Source of the DNA: an uncultured Prolixibacteraceae bacterium
Lineage (GTDB): Bacteria > Bacteroidota > Bacteroidia > Bacteroidales > FEN-979
NCBI GenBank assembly: GCA_964525995.1
Contig: CAZGIM010000005.1
Span: forward strand, 3,811 to 67,810
Direction: 5' to 3'
Length of the DNA: 64,000 nucleotides
Below, one piece after another: positions 18,948 through 29,354 of the stretch; within the stretch, counting starts at the first letter, position 1, and each line of letters starts with the position of its first letter. Position numbers and translations under genes: made by a program. A model generated the notes under the pieces. It saw nothing but the letters and a program-made list of their open reading frames with translations, was not told the origin of the DNA and did no database searches.

Positions 18948-19199
18948 AGACTCTTGAAAATTTACGATTGAACATGATTTACGATTTACGATTGCATATT
19001 TGATTTCGGACCTACAGTTACCATTTTAGGGTATCATCTTAAATCTTTTCGTGTTGAAATTAACCTGTAAATTAAAATTTGAAAGTAACATTCGTCGATC
19101 TGGATTCATGCGTCATTTGTTTTCATTCGTAAATCGTAAATCATGTTCAATCGTAAATAGAAAGGTTTTTCACCTGCCATACTAATTTTAAACAGACTC
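18948..19199. mobile_element. MITE copy 2 (between xylB and xylA)
   Basis: Near-identical to 8094-8345. Degenerate left TIR starts right after the xylB TAA, right TIR is intact, internal 32-bp IR at 18960-18991 / 19127-19158. Confidence 0.85.
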
Positions 19200-19206
19200 T
19201 TAAACT

Positions 19207-20511
19207 ATGGAATATTTTAAAACGATTAAAAAAATTGGCTTCGAGGGACCGGAGAGCCGGAACCCGCTGGCGTTCAAATGGTATGACCAAAATCGCGTGG
19301 TTCGTGGAAAGACTATGAAGGAGCACCTGCGATATGCCGTGGCCTACTGGCACTCTTTCTGCGGAACGGGATCGGACCCTTTCGGGCTGGGAACCAGGAG
19401 ATTTCCATGGGACGAACCTTCCAGTGAGCTCGAAAAAGCAAAACACCGCCTGGATGCTGCATTCGAATTCATGAGCAAAATGGGTGTTCCCTTTTACTGT
19501 TTTCATGATACCGACCTGGTTGGCGATGGCGCCGTTTTCGAAATCGAGAAGCGTCTGGAGAAAATACTGCCGCACGTGAAACAGCGCCAGCAGGAGACCG
19601 GGATCCGGCTGTTGTGGGGCACCGCCAACATTTTCTCCAATCCCCGCTATATGAACGGGGCGGCCACCAATCCCGATTTCCTGGTTGTGACAAACGCCGC
19701 CGTCCAGGTGAAGAACGCCATCGAGGCCACCATCGAACTGGGAGGCAGTAACTATGTGTTCTGGGGCGGGAGGGAAGGATACCTGTCGCTGCACAACACC
19801 AACACCCGGAAAGAGCTGGAACACCTCGGCATGTTTCTCTCCCTGGCCCGCGATCATGGACGGAAGAAAGGGTTTACCGGTACCTTCCTGATCGAACCCA
19901 AGCCCATGGAACCCACCAAGCACCAGTATGATTACGATGCCTCCACCGTCATCGGATTTATCCTGAAGCATCAGCTTCAGCACGATTTCAAACTGAATAT
20001 CGAAGTCAACCATGCCACCCTTGCCGGGCACACTTTTGCCCATGAGATCAGGATGGCTGCCGACGCGGGGTTGTTCGGATCGATCGACGCCAACAAGGGC
20101 GACTACCAGAACGGTTGGGATACCGATGAATTTCCCACCAACCTCTACGAAGTCACCGAGGCCATGCTCGAGATCCTGCAGGCGGGAGGCTTCACCGATG
20201 GCGGGATCAATTTCGATGCAAAGCTGCGGCGCAACAGCACCGATGACGAAGATCTCTTCATCGCCCATATTTCGGGTATGGACACCTTTGCCCGGGCGCT
20301 CATCATTGCCGACCGGATCCTTCATGAGTCAGATTACCTCAGTAAGAAACAGGAGCGGTACCACTCCTTCGCTACCAATGATGGGGTTGCCTTTGAACAA
20401 GGCAAACTTACGCTTGAAGGACTTTCCCGGATCGCAGGGGTTGACGGAGAACCGCGGCAGATAAGCGGGAAGCAGGAATACTTGGAGCAACTTATCAACG
20501 CATTCATCTGA
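19207..20511 (+). CDS. xylA: Xylose isomerase (class II)
   Basis: [47 protein letters not shown] and GWDTDEFP. Confidence 0.97.
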   Translation: MEYFKTIKKIGFEGPESRNPLAFKWYDQNRVVRGKTMKEHLRYAVAYWHSFCGTGSDPFGLGTRRFPWDEPSSELEKAKHRLDAAFEFMSKMGVPFYCFHDTDLVGDGAVFEIEKRLEKILPHVKQRQQETGIRLLWGTANIFSNPRYMNGAATNPDFLVVTNAAVQVKNAIEATIELGGSNYVFWGGREGYLSLHNTNTRKELEHLGMFLSLARDHGRKKGFTGTFLIEPKPMEPTKHQYDYDASTVIGFILKHQLQHDFKLNIEVNHATLAGHTFAHEIRMAADAGLFGSIDANKGDYQNGWDTDEFPTNLYEVTEAMLEILQAGGFTDGGINFDAKLRRNSTDDEDLFIAHISGMDTFARALIIADRILHESDYLSKKQERYHSFATNDGVAFEQGKLTLEGLSRIAGVDGEPRQISGKQEYLEQLINAFI

Positions 20512-20610
20512 TGGAAAATTACGTCATTCGTTTTCATTCGTAAATCGTAAATCATGTTCAATCGTAAATAAAAAGCTTATTCACCAGACAAACTAAATTT
20601 AAACAGACTC
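20512..20610. mobile_element. MITE copy 3, internally deleted (between xylA and xylE)
   Basis: gaaaatt-acg-tcatt fuses the element's left end to its right part. One 32-bp arm (20538-20569) and the right TIR tttaaacagactc followed by TAA are retained. Confidence 0.75.
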
Positions 20611-20619
20611 TAACACTAC

Positions 20620-22023
20620 ATGAAAAAGGGATATGTTTACGCGCTCACCCTGGTGGCTACGCTGGGAGGGTTGCTTTTTGGTTACGACACCGCGGTGATC
20701 TCGGGCACGGTACGGTCACTTGAAAAAGTCTTCATCGAGCCGGCTGGCCTGTCGGAAATGGCTGCCAACTCGAGGCTCGGGCTGGCTGTTTCGGGCGCCC
20801 TGATCGGTTGCATCATCGGTGGCTTCACAGGTGGACTTGTCAGCCTTTACCTGGGCCGCAAGAAAGGAATGATGCTGGCTGCCATCCTGTTCCTGGTCTC
20901 CGCGCTGGGTTCTGCCTGGCCCGAAATGCTCATCCGGCCCATCGGTCAGGGTGACTACACCTTCCTGCCTCATTTCATCATCTACCGTATCATCGGGGGC
21001 ATAGGGGTAGGACTGGCTTCCATGTTATCGCCCATGTACATCGCAGAGGTGGCGCCCCCCGGCATCCGCGGCCGGCTGGTCTCCTGGAACCAGTTTGCTA
21101 TCATCTTCGGCATGTTGCTGGTCTATTTCGTCAACTATTTCATCGCCTTGCAGGGCAACGAGGATTGGCTCCACCAGACTGGTTGGAGATGGATGTTCGC
21201 CTCCGAGATCATTCCGGCCGGGTTGTTCATGGTACTGCTTTTCTTCGTACCGGAGACGCCCCGTTACCTGGTATTGAAAAACAAGCCGGATAAGGCCGCC
21301 CGGGTGCTCGAACAGGTCAATGGCCACGAAAAAGCCACTGCGATCCTGGAAGAGATCACCTCCTCCGTGACCCATCATTCGGGAAAGATGTTCTCGTATG
21401 GGTACAAGGTCATCATTATCGGGATTTTGCTATCGGTATTCCAGCAGTTCGGCGGCATCAACGTGATCCTTTACTACGCCCCCGAGATTTTCAGGAACAT
21501 GGGATCGAAAACCGATGCCGCCCTGCTGCAGACCATCATCGTGGGCGTCATCAACCTCTCCTTCACCGTGCTGGCCATCATTACCGTCGACCGCTTCGGA
21601 CGCAAGCCATTGCAGATCATCGGGGCGCTGGGCATGGCGGTGGCGATGACAGCCCTCGGACTGACCTTCTACTTCCAAACAGTGGGAATATCTTCACTGG
21701 TGTTCATGCTGATTTACATCGCCTGTTTTGCCGTCTCCTGGGGGCCCGTCACCTGGGTACTTCTGTCGGAGATATTCCCCAACCGGATCCGGGGACGGGC
21801 CATGGCAGTCGCTGTGGCCGCGCAATGGATCTCGAACTTCCTGGTTTCCGTTACGTTCCCGGTCCTCGACAAATCATCCTGGCTTACCGCGCAGTTCAAC
21901 CATGGCTTCGCCTACTGGATCTACGCCGTAATGTGTTTCCTCTCGGCCTGGTTTGTCTGGAAGATCGTTCCCGAGACCAAAGGGAAAACCCTCGAACAAA
22001 TGGAACGACTTTGGAAAAAGTAA
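20620..22023 (+). CDS. xylE: D-xylose:H+ symporter (sugar porter MFS)
   Basis: GLLFGYDTAVISG, YIAEVAP...RGRLVS.NQ, PETPRYL, QQF.GINV.LYYAP and VPETKGKTLE. Confidence 0.93.
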   Translation: MKKGYVYALTLVATLGGLLFGYDTAVISGTVRSLEKVFIEPAGLSEMAANSRLGLAVSGALIGCIIGGFTGGLVSLYLGRKKGMMLAAILFLVSALGSAWPEMLIRPIGQGDYTFLPHFIIYRIIGGIGVGLASMLSPMYIAEVAPPGIRGRLVSWNQFAIIFGMLLVYFVNYFIALQGNEDWLHQTGWRWMFASEIIPAGLFMVLLFFVPETPRYLVLKNKPDKAARVLEQVNGHEKATAILEEITSSVTHHSGKMFSYGYKVIIIGILLSVFQQFGGINVILYYAPEIFRNMGSKTDAALLQTIIVGVINLSFTVLAIITVDRFGRKPLQIIGALGMAVAMTALGLTFYFQTVGISSLVFMLIYIACFAVSWGPVTWVLLSEIFPNRIRGRAMAVAVAAQWISNFLVSVTFPVLDKSSWLTAQFNHGFAYWIYAVMCFLSAWFVWKIVPETKGKTLEQMERLWKK

Positions 22024-22084
22024 TTTCACCGACAAGTTCAAATCTGGTAAGCCGGATCGAAAACCCTTTTCGTTATCAAAGTCG

Positions 22085-24220
22085 TCATTTTAAGAGAGTG
22101 ATCGTACCTTTAAGCGTTTTATTATAAGGAGCACCTATTGTAATGATCCATACGTAGGTGTCGGGTTGACAGTATTTTTTCATACACGACCCATCCCATC
22201 CATTTCCGGGATTCCTTGTTTCGAAAACCATTATTCCCCAACGGTCATATATCTGCATGATGACGTTTTCCATATTCTCAAGACCAGTGATGCGGAAATA
22301 ATCATTTAACCCATCTCCGTTGGGGGTAAATGCATTCGGGATGTTCAAACCTATTTCATTGACAAAAACCGAATCAACGCTAATGCATCCAAAAATATTT
22401 TCCACTTCAACCCGGTATAAACCTCCCTGGTCGATAATAATCACTGAATCGTTCGATCCTGTTGACCACTGGTACCGGGCAAATCCGCTCCCGGCATGAA
22501 GTGCTGTCTCTGACCCGAAAATGATTGTGACCGGATCGCCTAATTCCACAACAGGTACCGGGTTTACGATGAACCGAATTATGGATTCAGATGTATCACA
22601 ACCCCGGCCGAAAACCTGTATGTTATAATCGACCATACCGGAGCCTGAAGAAAGCAGGTCCAGTTTCTGGTCTATCATCTTACCTGTTCCTGATGTGTAT
22701 CCTGTAATCGAGCCGGAAACCTGTACAGGATTCCAACTAAAACCGGCATTTGTAATATTGGAGGTGAGTTCGATTCCGGTTTTTTCACCACTACAGATCA
22801 CTTTTTCCGTGGGCTGGTTTGTTAGCGCCGCTACAGTATCAACCATCACAAGTATTGTGTCAGAGACTGAAAGTTGGCATCTGTCATCGACCCTGACAAA
22901 ATACTTTTGGCTACCCAGGGAGGGCGATACCATGATGATACTGTCATTACTTAATGAATTGTTCCAGGTATAGGAAAAAGGCCCAACACCTCCCGTTACA
23001 TTGGCAATAAGTGAGGCTGTATCACCCGGACAGATCACCCGGTCATTTCCTGCTGAGACTGACAACGGTATATAATCCTGGATAACGATCGTATCCCAGA
23101 TTGTGAGTGTATCGTAACATGTTTTCTTTAAAATTTTAACAATTACTGTTTCGTTTCCTTCTGTTATGTCATCTTTTATCGGGTGTATGATAACCCTGCC
23201 AGTATCTTGCCCTGTCGTAAAGATCATGGAAGAGGGATCAATCGAATAATCGATCCCGGGGATGGCAGTTCCTTCAAGTGTAAAATCGACGGTAAGTTCA
23301 GATTTCGCTACCTGTGGTAGGCTGAATTCAACCGCTATATCGTTGCATCCTTCTATGGCATAAATCCCTGCACCGGGATTCATAGGAACATTCCTTACAT
23401 TGAAGTCAAAACCGGCCGAAAAACTGCCCATCTCAAGGAACACTCCGGAATCATAAATCTGGTCTAGTGCGTCCCCGACAACCATCTTCAGATGATAGGT
23501 CATGTAAGGCGTGATAATATGATAGACTGTATAAACGTAAGTTATGGCGTCATACTGGAAAAAAACGCCATTTTCGTTATCCCATGCTGAAGATGGATCT
23601 GCGCAAATATTATTGATAGTAACGTATTCAGAACTTCCGGGCATATGGGCAATATTGATGCTGTTATTCGAGAATTCACCGTGGATTCCGGGACCGGAAA
23701 GAAAAAAACCAAAAGCATCGTTAATGCGTCCGCAAAATTCCCTGAATTCTTCCGAGCCGAAAGCATATCTGAAACGCAATGTATCACATTGAGGGATAAA
23801 ATCGAATTCAATGATGCAGGCATCATACGAAATCGTTGCTGTGAGTTGTTCGAGATCAGGATCAGAACCTGTATTTGACCTGAATCCTAAGCTGGGTTTA
23901 TCATTGGGACCGATTGCATAGTCGGCTTTCCCGGTCGTCATGATGATTCCGTCTTTCATATTCAACTGGGTGAATGCACCTCCCGTTGCATTAAAATAAC
24001 CAATATTTTTTTTCGAGATTATTCCTCCAGATCCGTTCACAGTGACATTAAAAATTGAGACCCCTTTCCCCACGAGATGATCGCGGACCAGTTGTTCGGG
24101 AGAAAGGCCCATGTCACTTCCCTGGATAACAGTGAGTTGGGCAACAGATGATTTCCACAGCAGGTTTATGCCTGCAACAACAAGGATGACCTTTACCGTA
24201 AAATATATATAGCCTGCCAT
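22085..24220 (-). CDS. T9SS type B (gliding motility-associated C-terminal domain) protein with choice-of-anchor L and Calx-beta-like domains
   Basis: DACIIEFDF...FGSEEF...NDAFGFFLSGP (choice-of-anchor L); C-terminal IPNAFTPNGDGLNDYF...YDRWG...KGTITLLK. Confidence 0.88.
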   Translation of the reverse strand: MAGYIYFTVKVILVVAGINLLWKSSVAQLTVIQGSDMGLSPEQLVRDHLVGKGVSIFNVTVNGSGGIISKKNIGYFNATGGAFTQLNMKDGIIMTTGKADYAIGPNDKPSLGFRSNTGSDPDLEQLTATISYDACIIEFDFIPQCDTLRFRYAFGSEEFREFCGRINDAFGFFLSGPGIHGEFSNNSINIAHMPGSSEYVTINNICADPSSAWDNENGVFFQYDAITYVYTVYHIITPYMTYHLKMVVGDALDQIYDSGVFLEMGSFSAGFDFNVRNVPMNPGAGIYAIEGCNDIAVEFSLPQVAKSELTVDFTLEGTAIPGIDYSIDPSSMIFTTGQDTGRVIIHPIKDDITEGNETVIVKILKKTCYDTLTIWDTIVIQDYIPLSVSAGNDRVICPGDTASLIANVTGGVGPFSYTWNNSLSNDSIIMVSPSLGSQKYFVRVDDRCQLSVSDTILVMVDTVAALTNQPTEKVICSGEKTGIELTSNITNAGFSWNPVQVSGSITGYTSGTGKMIDQKLDLLSSGSGMVDYNIQVFGRGCDTSESIIRFIVNPVPVVELGDPVTIIFGSETALHAGSGFARYQWSTGSNDSVIIIDQGGLYRVEVENIFGCISVDSVFVNEIGLNIPNAFTPNGDGLNDYFRITGLENMENVIMQIYDRWGIMVFETRNPGNGWDGSCMKKYCQPDTYVWIITIGAPYNKTLKGTITLLK

Positions 24221-24324
24221 TTTAACCTGATACGTACAAGAAAATCTGACGACTATTACAAATTTACATCTAAATATTCAAAAAAAGAATCCATTCTCTA
24301 TATAAAAAACAGGCTAACTTTAGG

Positions 24325-24332
24325 TATCTTTG
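24325..24332 (+). promoter_or_regulatory. -7 element TATCTTTG
   Basis: Exact TAnnTTTG 77 nt upstream of ATG 24409. Confidence 0.5.
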
Positions 24333-24408
24333 TGAAAACCCCACTGCAAATAGTTAGATGGAACTGAAAGGGTTAACGTTTATTGAACACCAATAAATCT
24401 TCCCAGCC

Positions 24409-26457
24409 ATGATACCCCGAATTTCATTATTCATCATCCTCGTTGTAACGGGCTTCCTGGTTTCCGCACAGGTATTCGTTTATGAGGATTTTTCTGAAGG
24501 CCAGATGCCTCCCGCAGGCTGGTCCATCAGTGGAGTACCCCAGCAATGGTCTATTAGCTGGTCAAGTCTTTCGAGCGGTGGTATTCCATCAAAGATCCCT
24601 GAAGCTAAATTCAGTTTCATTGATACGATTGGTACAACCCGCCTGGTCTCACCGGTATTTGACCTTACAGGACTTACCTCGGTCAAATTCCACTTCAGGT
24701 TTTATTACCAGTTTAAACAATCACCGGCGCCAATTGCAGAGGTTTCAACACGTACTAAAGGGGGGCAATGGAACAGGATATGGCATCTTAACCCGTCCGC
24801 CAACAACGGGCCCAAAGATATAGACCTGACGATCACCAATTCAGATGTCGGATCCAACCGGTTCCAACTCAGTTTTTCGCTTGAGGGCAATCTGGACAAC
24901 ATCAGCTTCTGGTTCCTCGATGACATCGCCCTAATAGATCCGTTGCCCAATGATGGGAACCTAACCACCATCGATTCGACTGCGACTTTTATATCAACTC
25001 CTTCTCCGGTTAAAGGAACGGTTTACAATATGGGCAGCGACACGATCCATTCAGCAGTGATTGACTGGCAGATAAATAACGGGACTGTGCATTCGACGGC
25101 GATCAATAATCTAAATGTTCCCCCACTTTTATCCTTCAATTTTACTTGTACCGACCTGATGGATCCCCCGATCGGGGTGAACAACCTCGTGGTATGGATA
25201 CGAGAAATCAACGGGGCTCCTGACGCCGACCCTTCAAATGATACACTTTCTACTCAAGTCCAGATGGTGTGCTTACATGTCGCCCGGAAACCGCTTTTTG
25301 AAGAGTTTACCAGTTCCACTTGCTTTATTTGTCCTGCATTCGATGATCTTTTCCGGCCCTGGTGTGCAAGCCATGAGAATGCCATCACCCTGGTCAAATA
25401 CCAGATGTATTGGCCGTCACCGGGTGACCCCTATTGTACGGCTGAGGGGCGTGTGAGAAAACGGTATTATAATGTCGGAGGTGTCCCCAGGGCATATTGC
25501 GATGGTGATTGGATTTTTGGAAATACTAACACGGTTGGCGTCCAGGAAGCTTTTGACAGAGAGATTCGGAAGTCGGGGATGATGAAAATTGTATCCACAC
25601 ACACCCTTACCGGTCATGTGATGGCAGTAAATACCACCGTCCTGCCATTTGCAAACTTTTCAGGATTAAAATTATATGTTGCGGTAATCGAAAAGGTCAC
25701 CTATAATAACGCCAGTCCATACAGCACGGCTACCAGCTTCGAGCATGTTATGATGAAGATGATGCCCAATGCTCAGGGAACAAAGTTGAAACTGGTCGAC
25801 CGCGAGCCATTTACTTATACGGATACAGTCGATCTTACCGGCACCCATGTGGAACGCTGGGACGACCTGATGGTTGCGGCCTGGGTTCAGGATTCCCTGG
25901 CAAAAAAGCTGGTTTACCAATCATGTTACTCACTGGAGAATGGCGTTTTGGGTACGGAGGCTCGCCTGAGCAACATCCTCGTCAACGATGTTGGGATCCC
26001 TGATTTTAATCCGGATACCTTTCATTACAATGTGGTTGAATCAGGAGTCGGTTCGGGGGAAACCTACATTGTACAAGGAATTCCAATCGACAGGAACGAA
26101 ACCGTTATCGTTATCCCCACCCAGGTTTACCCGGGAACCACCACCATCGACGTTTTTGCGCAGAACAATGTTGATCATAATCAATATACAGTCGAATTCT
26201 CAAAGACAGGCGGGATTCAGGACACACCGGTAAAAACCGTAACTGTTTTCCCGAATCCTGCAACGGAGAAGGTATTCATTTACGGCGCTGATCACGCTAT
26301 GATCACCCTGTACACATCTACCGGAATCTGCATGCAAAAATTGGAGAATTTCACCGGAACGGTCCTTAGTCTTAATGGTCTGCATAAAGGCATTTACATA
26401 CTGAAAATCATGCGTAAAGACGGAGGAGTTATACAGAAGAAAATAATTGTGCAATAG
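24409..26457 (+). CDS. Omp28-related T9SS type A protein (adhesin-like N-domain, CARDB-like Ig, thioredoxin-like CxxC domain)
   Basis: FEEFTSSTCFICP, GGVPRAYCDG, FEHVMMKMMP and C-terminal VFPNPA...KIIVQ. Confidence 0.8.
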   Translation: MIPRISLFIILVVTGFLVSAQVFVYEDFSEGQMPPAGWSISGVPQQWSISWSSLSSGGIPSKIPEAKFSFIDTIGTTRLVSPVFDLTGLTSVKFHFRFYYQFKQSPAPIAEVSTRTKGGQWNRIWHLNPSANNGPKDIDLTITNSDVGSNRFQLSFSLEGNLDNISFWFLDDIALIDPLPNDGNLTTIDSTATFISTPSPVKGTVYNMGSDTIHSAVIDWQINNGTVHSTAINNLNVPPLLSFNFTCTDLMDPPIGVNNLVVWIREINGAPDADPSNDTLSTQVQMVCLHVARKPLFEEFTSSTCFICPAFDDLFRPWCASHENAITLVKYQMYWPSPGDPYCTAEGRVRKRYYNVGGVPRAYCDGDWIFGNTNTVGVQEAFDREIRKSGMMKIVSTHTLTGHVMAVNTTVLPFANFSGLKLYVAVIEKVTYNNASPYSTATSFEHVMMKMMPNAQGTKLKLVDREPFTYTDTVDLTGTHVERWDDLMVAAWVQDSLAKKLVYQSCYSLENGVLGTEARLSNILVNDVGIPDFNPDTFHYNVVESGVGSGETYIVQGIPIDRNETVIVIPTQVYPGTTTIDVFAQNNVDHNQYTVEFSKTGGIQDTPVKTVTVFPNPATEKVFIYGADHAMITLYTSTGICMQKLENFTGTVLSLNGLHKGIYILKIMRKDGGVIQKKIIVQ

Positions 26458-26945
26458 AAATACTGTGTACCCTGGTCATTGTCTTGATAAGGTTTTTTAT
26501 CTGATCCATAAATAGATGTATATTGCATCACGTTAGAGGGGAATCATGAGGAAGCAACTATCGGTGGTGGGCATTCTGTTCATGCTGATGTTAAAACATC
26601 CGCCAATACCCACATTTTCAATCTTCCAGAAGATTTCAATAGTAGAAGTTCGAGGATTTTCAGTGAAAAAGATCGCCCTGGATTTCTTCATGAATTAACC
26701 AACTTCTGCCGTATAACATTCCTCGGAATCACCCCGGTTCTTTTCCTGTCACATTTATTCAGCCTGCAACCAAAGAAGAACTCCCTGAGCTCCGCTCCTA
26801 AACAGATATCCCTGCAGTTGGCCAGAATTGACGGTCACCCTTGAAAATAACCTCATGGCGGAATCAATTTATCCAGGGTTTAAGTGTCTGTTTAAAAATT
26901 GCGTAGTTATTTATTATTGATTTCCTAACGTTCAGATTATCAGGG

Positions 26946-27521
26946 TCAATTTTTCTGACCTACTGTTACAGGGAGGTTTGCCGTTTTGTTGTAACCAATT
27001 TCGTCAATGACGAGGTAGTTGAAATGGAACCAGCCGTAGTTACGATGATTTCCGATTTGAACATAAAAACCAAAATATGACAGAAATGCGCCTTCGGCCC
27101 ATGTTGAAGAACCTGGAAAATAAGGCGCGCTCCCTTTATAGATCAGCCTGTTTAACCATTTCAGGTTATTGGAATTGCTGATTACCGTACCGGAATCCAC
27201 CATGAATGATCCCGGGTTGAGCGACATATAGGTGAAATTTATGTTGTCGCCCAAACCATAGATCGTCCCCGAATAATGAATATTCGAGCCAACCGTGTCG
27301 ATCTGTTTTGTCACAGCAAGATCATTTCCGCCATCATCATCGAAATCGTAAAATAATGTATCGTTGTTAATTAATAAAGGATTATAGTTATACGAATGAA
27401 AAATGATCGCGGAAACATTTTGGTCCTGGTTCTCTTCATCATTCTTCCTGCATTTTCCGAACAGGAAAATCAATGATAATGCAATCGCGGTCAATAAGAT
27501 ACACCTTGTTGTACGGAACAT
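26946..27521 (-). CDS. Hypothetical lipoprotein
   Basis: Start MFRTTRC (27521), lipobox LFGKC-RKNDEE, DFDDDGGND loop and C-terminal YGWF...IGYN..ANLPVTVGQ. Confidence 0.65.
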   Translation of the reverse strand: MFRTTRCILLTAIALSLIFLFGKCRKNDEENQDQNVSAIIFHSYNYNPLLINNDTLFYDFDDDGGNDLAVTKQIDTVGSNIHYSGTIYGLGDNINFTYMSLNPGSFMVDSGTVISNSNNLKWLNRLIYKGSAPYFPGSSTWAEGAFLSYFGFYVQIGNHRNYGWFHFNYLVIDEIGYNKTANLPVTVGQKN

Positions 27522-27626
27522 CGAAAATCTTTTATTCTTCTTGGTAATGAATTTAACAATTGATAAAAGCCTGTTCTTTACCGCGAATGCTGTTATGAAG
27601 TGTGAATCATGTATCTCTGACATACC

Positions 27627-28385
27627 TTACTGGCATGAGTAATTCAGGATTACATTGTATCCTTGCGTGCATTGGATAAGAACAGGATAGCCCTGCGGAT
27701 TATATTGCTTGATGGTATCGGTTGATGAAGGATAACCATCAATCGACATCCCGATGATATTGTTCCTGTTCCATTGGTAATATTTTAAAGGAGGCTCACC
27801 CGTAATTGCATAATAGTTATTTCCCGAATCATATACATATTCATAATGGTAATGGATAATGTATGTTGGATCGGTCCAGGAATAATAATCACGGCTCCTG
27901 ACATTCTGTCTCAGGTAAGTGTATACAGTTGAATCGGTTGAGGAAATACCTTTGTTGCCTGTTCGTTGGCTGACCTTAAAAACTTCAGTAATGACCTGAT
28001 TTGATGAGTTGTATGTGAATATCGTAGTCCTGGTCTGAACAATGCCAATGCCATATAAATGCCTTTCATATGAACTGATCCTGCCTTGTGGGTCATAGGT
28101 AAAAAAAGTAGAATCGGTCGATGACATGTAAGAATAAACCAGTCTGTTGTTTTGATAAAAGTAGTGGGTAGAAAGCATGTAGGGCCCCTGCTCTGTTAAA
28201 TCCCACTTCAGAATGAGTTTCCCGGAGGCATCATAATGAAATGTCCTAGCGGAATCGTTATTGTAGTAAACGCTCAGGAGCTTACAGGTGCCGGCAACAG
28301 ATCCGCTTTCGTCACCGGTTTTATCGGAACATGAAACCATAATAAGAAAAAAAATGGTGATCAGGATCTGAGAAGTTGTTTTCAT
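27627..28385 (-). CDS. Lipoprotein with YD/Rhs-like beta-hairpin repeats (DUF4595-like)
   Basis: Lipobox IMVSC; FHYDASGKL, FTYDPQGRI, FTYNSSNQV and YNPQGYP repeats. Confidence 0.7.
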   Translation of the reverse strand: MKTTSQILITIFFLIMVSCSDKTGDESGSVAGTCKLLSVYYNNDSARTFHYDASGKLILKWDLTEQGPYMLSTHYFYQNNRLVYSYMSSTDSTFFTYDPQGRISSYERHLYGIGIVQTRTTIFTYNSSNQVITEVFKVSQRTGNKGISSTDSTVYTYLRQNVRSRDYYSWTDPTYIIHYHYEYVYDSGNNYYAITGEPPLKYYQWNRNNIIGMSIDGYPSSTDTIKQYNPQGYPVLIQCTQGYNVILNYSCQ

Positions 28386-28524
28386 CGATAAGTCTCCGGA
28401 TGGTTAAATTTGAAATATAAAACCTTACAAAACTAAACAAGTTTTTAGATAAAGAAAAAACCAACCATCATCGAAACCAACAGGGGCCAGGGCTGACTTT
28501 TATAACACCTGATATTCCGGATAT

Positions 28525-28594
28525 CCCCGACGGGGTCCCACCACCCCGGCAGAGTCGTATCACCCCGTCGGGGTACCCTCACCCCGACGGGGTG
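28525..28594. repeat. Cluster of three REP-like palindromes CCCCG(A/T)CGGGG
   Basis: ccccgacggggt at 28525, caccccgtcggggt at 28561, caccccgacggggtg at 28580; partial fourth copy at 29331-29343. Confidence 0.65.
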
Positions 28595-29280
28595 CTAGGC
28601 AAAACGGTGGGATCATCGGTCAAATAAACAGGTGTTCCCTCTGGAGGATGAATCATCAACACCTTTCCATAATCGTCGGACCACTGGTCCTGTTCAACCC
28701 TTTTCCATTCTCCTTTTCCCAAAACAGCGATCGTTTCACCCTCTTCAATAATCCCTTCGCGGTACCTGAGGGTTCGGTTCCAACCTACCATATTGGTGCT
28801 GTCCTTTCCATGCCGGCTAAGATATCGCTCCAGGTTCTCCGGGGCATCATGCATGAAACCACTGGAGTAGCTACGATCTTGAACAATGTAACTCTTTACC
28901 TTGTTGCAATCAACTATAGCACAGTGTTTTCCATCGCGTATGCCGAACTTGCCGGCCACCTCCTCCTCAATGTATTTTTGCCAGTGAGCACCTTTCCCGG
29001 TGCTGACCTGTTGCTCGATCAACACATAATAATAGGCACATGGTCGCCCAGAAAGCGGTGCCGTGAGCGGTTTACCGGTAAACTCGACTTTGCCTGTTAT
29101 CCGGGCAGTCTCGCCATCGACGAAATTCGAAATCCTCCTGACCGTGGCCTTTTTTAACTTCCGCCTTACAACCGTCTTTTTACTGAAGTAATACGACAAC
29201 CAAATGATCAACCCGGTAATCATTACACCGGCAGTGATGGCAATGATCGCGATATTTGTTTCCATAGAAAAATCAGGCAC
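28579..29280 (-). CDS. Membrane-anchored GIDE-domain-like protein
   Basis: One N-terminal TM helix, then ITGKV..GKPLTAPLSGRPCAYY...W and RYREGIIEEGE.IAVLG, as in bacterial GIDE (PF12483-like) proteins. Confidence 0.7.
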   Translation of the reverse strand: MPDFSMETNIAIIAITAGVMITGLIIWLSYYFSKKTVVRRKLKKATVRRISNFVDGETARITGKVEFTGKPLTAPLSGRPCAYYYVLIEQQVSTGKGAHWQKYIEEEVAGKFGIRDGKHCAIVDCNKVKSYIVQDRSYSSGFMHDAPENLERYLSRHGKDSTNMVGWNRTLRYREGIIEEGETIAVLGKGEWKRVEQDQWSDDYGKVLMIHPPEGTPVYLTDDPTVLPSTPSG

Positions 29281-29354
29281 TAGCCATTTGAAAAAAATTC
29301 ACTCAATCACTCAATCAGTAAATTCCCTTTCACCCCGACGGGATTCGATTGTAC

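Noticed and set aside
19147-20325. 392-aa ORF antisense to xylA
   Set aside because: Shadow ORF of a GC-rich coding strand. It has no motifs, and xylA is unambiguous.
26520-26880. Possible decayed gene or transposase remnant
   Set aside because: Manual translation gave only short frames with stops and no recognisable family.
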